Shown: positions 59,975 to 64,000 of the stretch, piece by piece
How the letters are laid out: the number at the start of each line of letters is the position of its first letter
How positions within the stretch are numbered: the first letter of the stretch is position 1
Origin: Mobula hypostoma
Lineage: Eukaryota
Reading direction: 5' to 3'
NCBI RefSeq assembly: GCF_963921235.1
Contig: NC_086097.1
Span: 40,364,001-40,428,000, forward strand
Length of the DNA: 64,000 bases
Program-made: the position numbers and the translations under genes
Notes under the pieces: generated by a model
Told to the model about the DNA's origin: nothing
Seen by the model: the letters and a program-made list of their open reading frames with translations, nothing else
Databases searched by the model: none

Positions 59975-61052
59975 GAGGCTTTTCCAGAGGGGTGGAGTTA
60001 TAACGGCACTCGGTAGTGACTCCTTCAAGCTCATCTGGGGAAACAAATTAATTTCTATGTTTGATGTCTGTCTTTTTCCTTTTCTGGGTGGATGAAGTTC
60101 TGTTGATGACCCTGACCTGGACTTACACTAAGATTTTGGTTCTTTGCAGTGGTGGAATCCGCTCCTGGGGGCTCACGACCAGCTGCTTTTCTAGATCTCA
60201 GTGGTGCGGCCTAGAAGATGAGTACACCTGCAGGGTTCTGAGATATCCCGGCCCTGTGATTCTATGCCAGTGCCACCAACGGAAGAAAATAGAGTATCAG
60301 GAGTAGCAGATTGGCTGTTAGAGGCTCTGTATTCATGAATCGCACTCTCCCTTTCTCTCATTGGTGGAGGAGAGTTTGTTGCCGATTCTTGAGTTGGAGA
60401 ACTTGGGAAAAAAGCAACATGATAGATGTTATCATTGCAAATCAGCGAGTTGTTTTGTTACATTCCCTCTCACTGTGGAGAACTCCTTTTTTACCCTTAT
60501 TAGGGAGAAAGGGAGGACCTGTGGTATGTTAAATTGTTGGGTGAATGATAGTTTTTTGTTGTACTGCCAATAATGGTCTTTATTGGGGGCTTTGCTATTA
60601 CAAACCTGGTGGGTGGTGATGCATTTTTTCGCAGAAGTGGGTGAGGGAGGGTTGTTGCCTTGCCGCTGCTTGTGCGTGGGAGGTGAGGGGGTAGCATGGG
60701 CTTTGGGGTCCTAACATTTTTGTTGTCACTCATTTTTTGGGGGACTCTTCTTTTTTCATGGATATCTGTGAAGAAAAAAAACTTCAGGATGTAAATTGGG
60801 TTTGGGTTTGGGTATTTGAACCTCCACAAATTCCGCGTGAGAATTTAAACTGGAGGTGACAGTGTTTTTTTTTTTACGAGGTCGAGTTGCAAGCTCGACA
60901 TCAACCCGGCACGGATGGAGAGCAGGCTCGGGAGCGGTCTGTCACTGGATCGAACTCGGGAACCTCCATTCTCGAGCCCGGCGCTGATCTCACTGCACCA
61001 CCAGTGGAAATTGCATGCATTTCTCTGATATTAAATGGAACTGTTGAACTAT
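59975..61052 (+). mobile_element. Non-coding ~0.8-kb repeat, copy 2, carrying a nested SINE
   Basis: Colinear with 22035-22835. Confidence 0.75.
60799..61007 (-). mobile_element. tRNA-derived SINE with a (CCCAAA)n tail
   Basis: A-box-like TGGTGCAGTGAG and B-box GAGTTCGATCC. Core shared with the 39093 SINE. TSD AAATTG (60793-60798 / 61008-61013). Confidence 0.85.
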
Positions 61053-62549
61053 TAATGTATTTCCCTCTAATGTTATACCAGGCCACGCATTCCAGGCATC
61101 CACGACCATCTGAATAAAATACTTGCCCCTCACATTCCCCTTGAACCTACCCTCTCTCACCTTCATTGCATGCCCTTTGGTATTAGATATTTCAACCCTG
61201 GGAAACAGGAGAAAACAAACCAAGTTTATCCAGACTCTTGTGATACCTCATGCCCTCTAAATCAGGCATCATCCTGGTAAACCTATTGCGCACCCTCTCC
61301 AAGCCTCAACATCCTTCCTAAAGTGGGGTGACTAGAACTGTACACAATGCTCCAGATGTGACCCAACCAGAGTTTTATAAAGTTGTGACATAACCTCTTG
61401 ACTTTTGAGCTCAGTGCCTTGACTAATAAAAGCAAACATTCCATAATCTTTCTTAACCACCTAATTGACTTGCATAGCCACTTTCATGGAGCTATGAATT
61501 TGGACCCCAAGATCTCTCTGTCTGGCACCACTGTTACAGATTTTGCCCTTAACAGTGGACTTTCTCCTTGCTTTTGCTCTACCAAGGTGCAAAACCTCAC
61601 ATTTATCTGGGTTAAACTCCATCTGCCATTTCTCTGCCCAAATCTGCAACCGATCCAAGGCGTGTTGTATTCTTTGCCAGTCTTCTACATTATCCACAAC
61701 TCCACCAATTTTGATATCCACAAACTTACTAACCCCTCCATCTACATTTTCATCCAGGTCATTTATATACATCACAAACAGCAGAGGTCCCAGCACAGAT
61801 CCCTACAGAGCTCCACTAATCACAGACTTCCAGTTTGAATAAGTCCCTTCAACCACTACACTCTGTCTTCTGTGTGCGAGCCAGTTCTGAATCCAAGCAG
61901 CCCATTTGCTGCAGAACCCATGTATCTTAATCTTCTGGATTAGCTTCTCATGAGGGACATTGCAAAGCGCCTTACTAAAATCCATATAGAGACCATCGAC
62001 TGCCCTACCCTCATCAATCTCTCTCATCATCTTGTCAAAAGACTCAGTCAAGTTGGTAAGGCATGACTTGCCACATACAAAGTCATGCTGGCTCTCCTGA
62101 ATTAGGTTGTGGGTTTCCAAATGCTCATATACCCTATCTCTAAGAATTTTCTCCAGTAATTTCTCCACAAATGATGTGAGATGCACTGGTTTATGGTTCC
62201 CAGGATTTTCCCTTGTTCGCTTCTTAAATAGAGATACAACATTATCCACTTACCAGTCCTCTGGGACCTTGTCTGTGGCTGGAGAGGATACTGATCAACA
62301 TACATTAACAAGGGTGAGATATTATATTGTTAAAGTTTATCTGGCAAAGACTCAGAATAAGAATCAGATTTAAGATGATTGACATATGCTGTGAAATTTG
62401 TCATTTTGCTGCAGTAGTACAGTGCAATACAAAGAAAACGATGAATATCGATATTCATAGTTGACCAGAATTGACCATAGATGTTGCGTCTGAGCTGTCT
62501 AGGTACACAGGCCTAGGCAGTACAATATGGAAAGCAATCTGTGGCTCAT

Positions 62550-63261
62550 AAGACCATAAAACCATAAGATATAGAAGCATAAGTAGGCCATTCAGCCTGT
62601 TGAGTCTGCTCTGCTATTCAATCATGGGCTGATCCAATGCTTCCAGTCATTCCTATTCCCCTATATTCTCCCCATACCCTTTGATGCCCTGGCTAATCAA
62701 GAATCTATCTATCTCTGCCTTAAATGCACCCAATGACTTGGCCTCCACAGCCACTTGTGGCAACAAAATCCACAGATTTACCACCCTCTGACTAAAGTAA
62801 TTTCTCCGCTTCTTTTTTCCAAATGGAAATCCTTCAATCCTGGTCATGCCCTCTAGTCCTAGACTCCCTACCATGGGAAATAACTTTGCCATATCTAATC
62901 TGCTCAGGACTTTTAATATTTGGAATGTTTCTATGAGATCTAGGGAATACAGCCCAAGAACTGCCAGACATTCCTCATACGGTAACCCTTTCATTCCTGG
63001 AATCATTCTTGGAAATCTTCTCTGAACACTCTCCAATGTCAGTATATCCTTTTTAAAATAAGGAGACCAAAACTGCACACAATACGCCAAATGTGGTCTC
63101 ATGAGTACTTATTTTGAGCCTCAACATCACATCCCTGCTCTTATATTCTATACCTCTAGAAATGAATGCCAACATTGCATTCGCTTTCTTCACAACCGAC
63201 TCAACCTGGAGGTTAACCGTTAGGGTACCCTGCACAAAGACTCCCAAGTCCCTTTGCATCT
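62550..63261 (-). mobile_element. CR1 3' part
   Basis: RPHLAYCVQFWSP..FSQRVVNLW; VKKANAMLAFISRGIEYK. Confidence 0.88.
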
Positions 63262-64000
63262 CTTTCTTTTTCCAATATTTTTATTAAATTTCATATACAC
63301 AAATACAGAATTCATAAGGATACTTATTATAAATCAAAATAAGGTAGCACAAAATGCACTATACATAAATCACACTGATACAATCACGGTATCCCATATT
63401 CATAATCAATCAAATAAAATTAATTGAATTATGAAATACAATAATAGGGTTAATTATATCATTTTAAAAAACCTACAGCCACTACCAAGACAAAGCTGGT
63501 TGGTAAAAAGCAAAAGGATAAAAAGAGTACTTTACCATATAGTGTTTTATAATAATAGCCCAGATCTATATTTCAATAACAATAACAATTCAAAGATTTT
63601 CAAAATAGTTCAGAAAGGATCCCCATTGCGTTTGAAAATCTTAATTAGAATCAGAAATCGAACAACGAATCTTCTTTAAATTTAAACATGACATAACATC
63701 GCATAACCATTGAGTATGTGTGGGAGGGCAACCTCCTTCCATTTAAGCAAGATCGCCCTCCTAGCCATAAGAGAAATAAAAGCCAGCACCCGCAAATGAG
63801 AAGGCTCCAAAATTCCTCAACAATACCAAATAAGGCGCTCAAAGGACTGGGCTAAAATTAACTCTAAGAAGTACAGAAAAAGTTCGGAATACATCTTTCC
63901 AATATTTTTCAAGGCTCGAACATGACCAAAACATATGAATTAATGAAACCTCCCCATTATTATATCTGTCACAATGAGGAGATATATCTGCAAAACAACG
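63262..64000 (-). mobile_element. L1/Tx1-clade LINE 3' end, running off the window
   Basis: Homologous to 41077-41800, with AATAAAAATATTG at the 3' end and C-terminal cysteine/HMFW-type coding sequence. Confidence 0.8.

Larger units (their letters stand above)
59805..62290 (-). mobile_element. CR1 3' part split by the 0.8-kb repeat
   Basis: YMDFSKA..WIQNWL, LGPLLFVMYINDL..SKFVD, WQMEFNPDKC; tail at about 59805. Confidence 0.85.

Noticed and set aside
60799..61007. tRNA gene or telomere-like repeat
   Set aside because: The A/B boxes are followed by a SINE body and flanked by a TSD. The GGGTTT units are the SINE tail, not TTAGGG.

Overview
This is eukaryotic, repeat-dense non-genic or intronic DNA. 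It is most likely from a cartilaginous fish, inferred from a SacSINE1/DeuSINE-like copy and the mix of CR1, Penelope and Rex1 elements. I recognise no host protein-coding gene: the long ORFs I can identify belong to retroelements. The window holds many nested CR1 and Rex1/Babar LINEs (one near full-length CR1 at about 22.9-27.4 kb), L1/Tx1 pieces and Penelope-like elements carrying minimal hammerhead ribozymes. It also holds four tRNA-headed RTE-type SINEs, several Gypsy LTR elements or solo LTRs, and two HERO-like restriction-like-endonuclease non-LTR elements. One LTR element is a very young Gmr1-like copy with apparently identical 880-bp LTRs and a condensed, catalytically dead pol. The main finding is in the 3' UTRs of the two sequence-divergent HERO-like elements (37403-37521 minus; 54013-54130 plus). 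Both fold into the same multi-helix, pseudoknotted RNA. In the first copy this RNA has a complete hammerhead core (CUGAUGA, GAAA, GUC) in a non-circularly permuted order, with a kink-turn on stem III and a multi-helix junction replacing stem II. All analysis was by eye; family names come from recalled motifs, not database searches.
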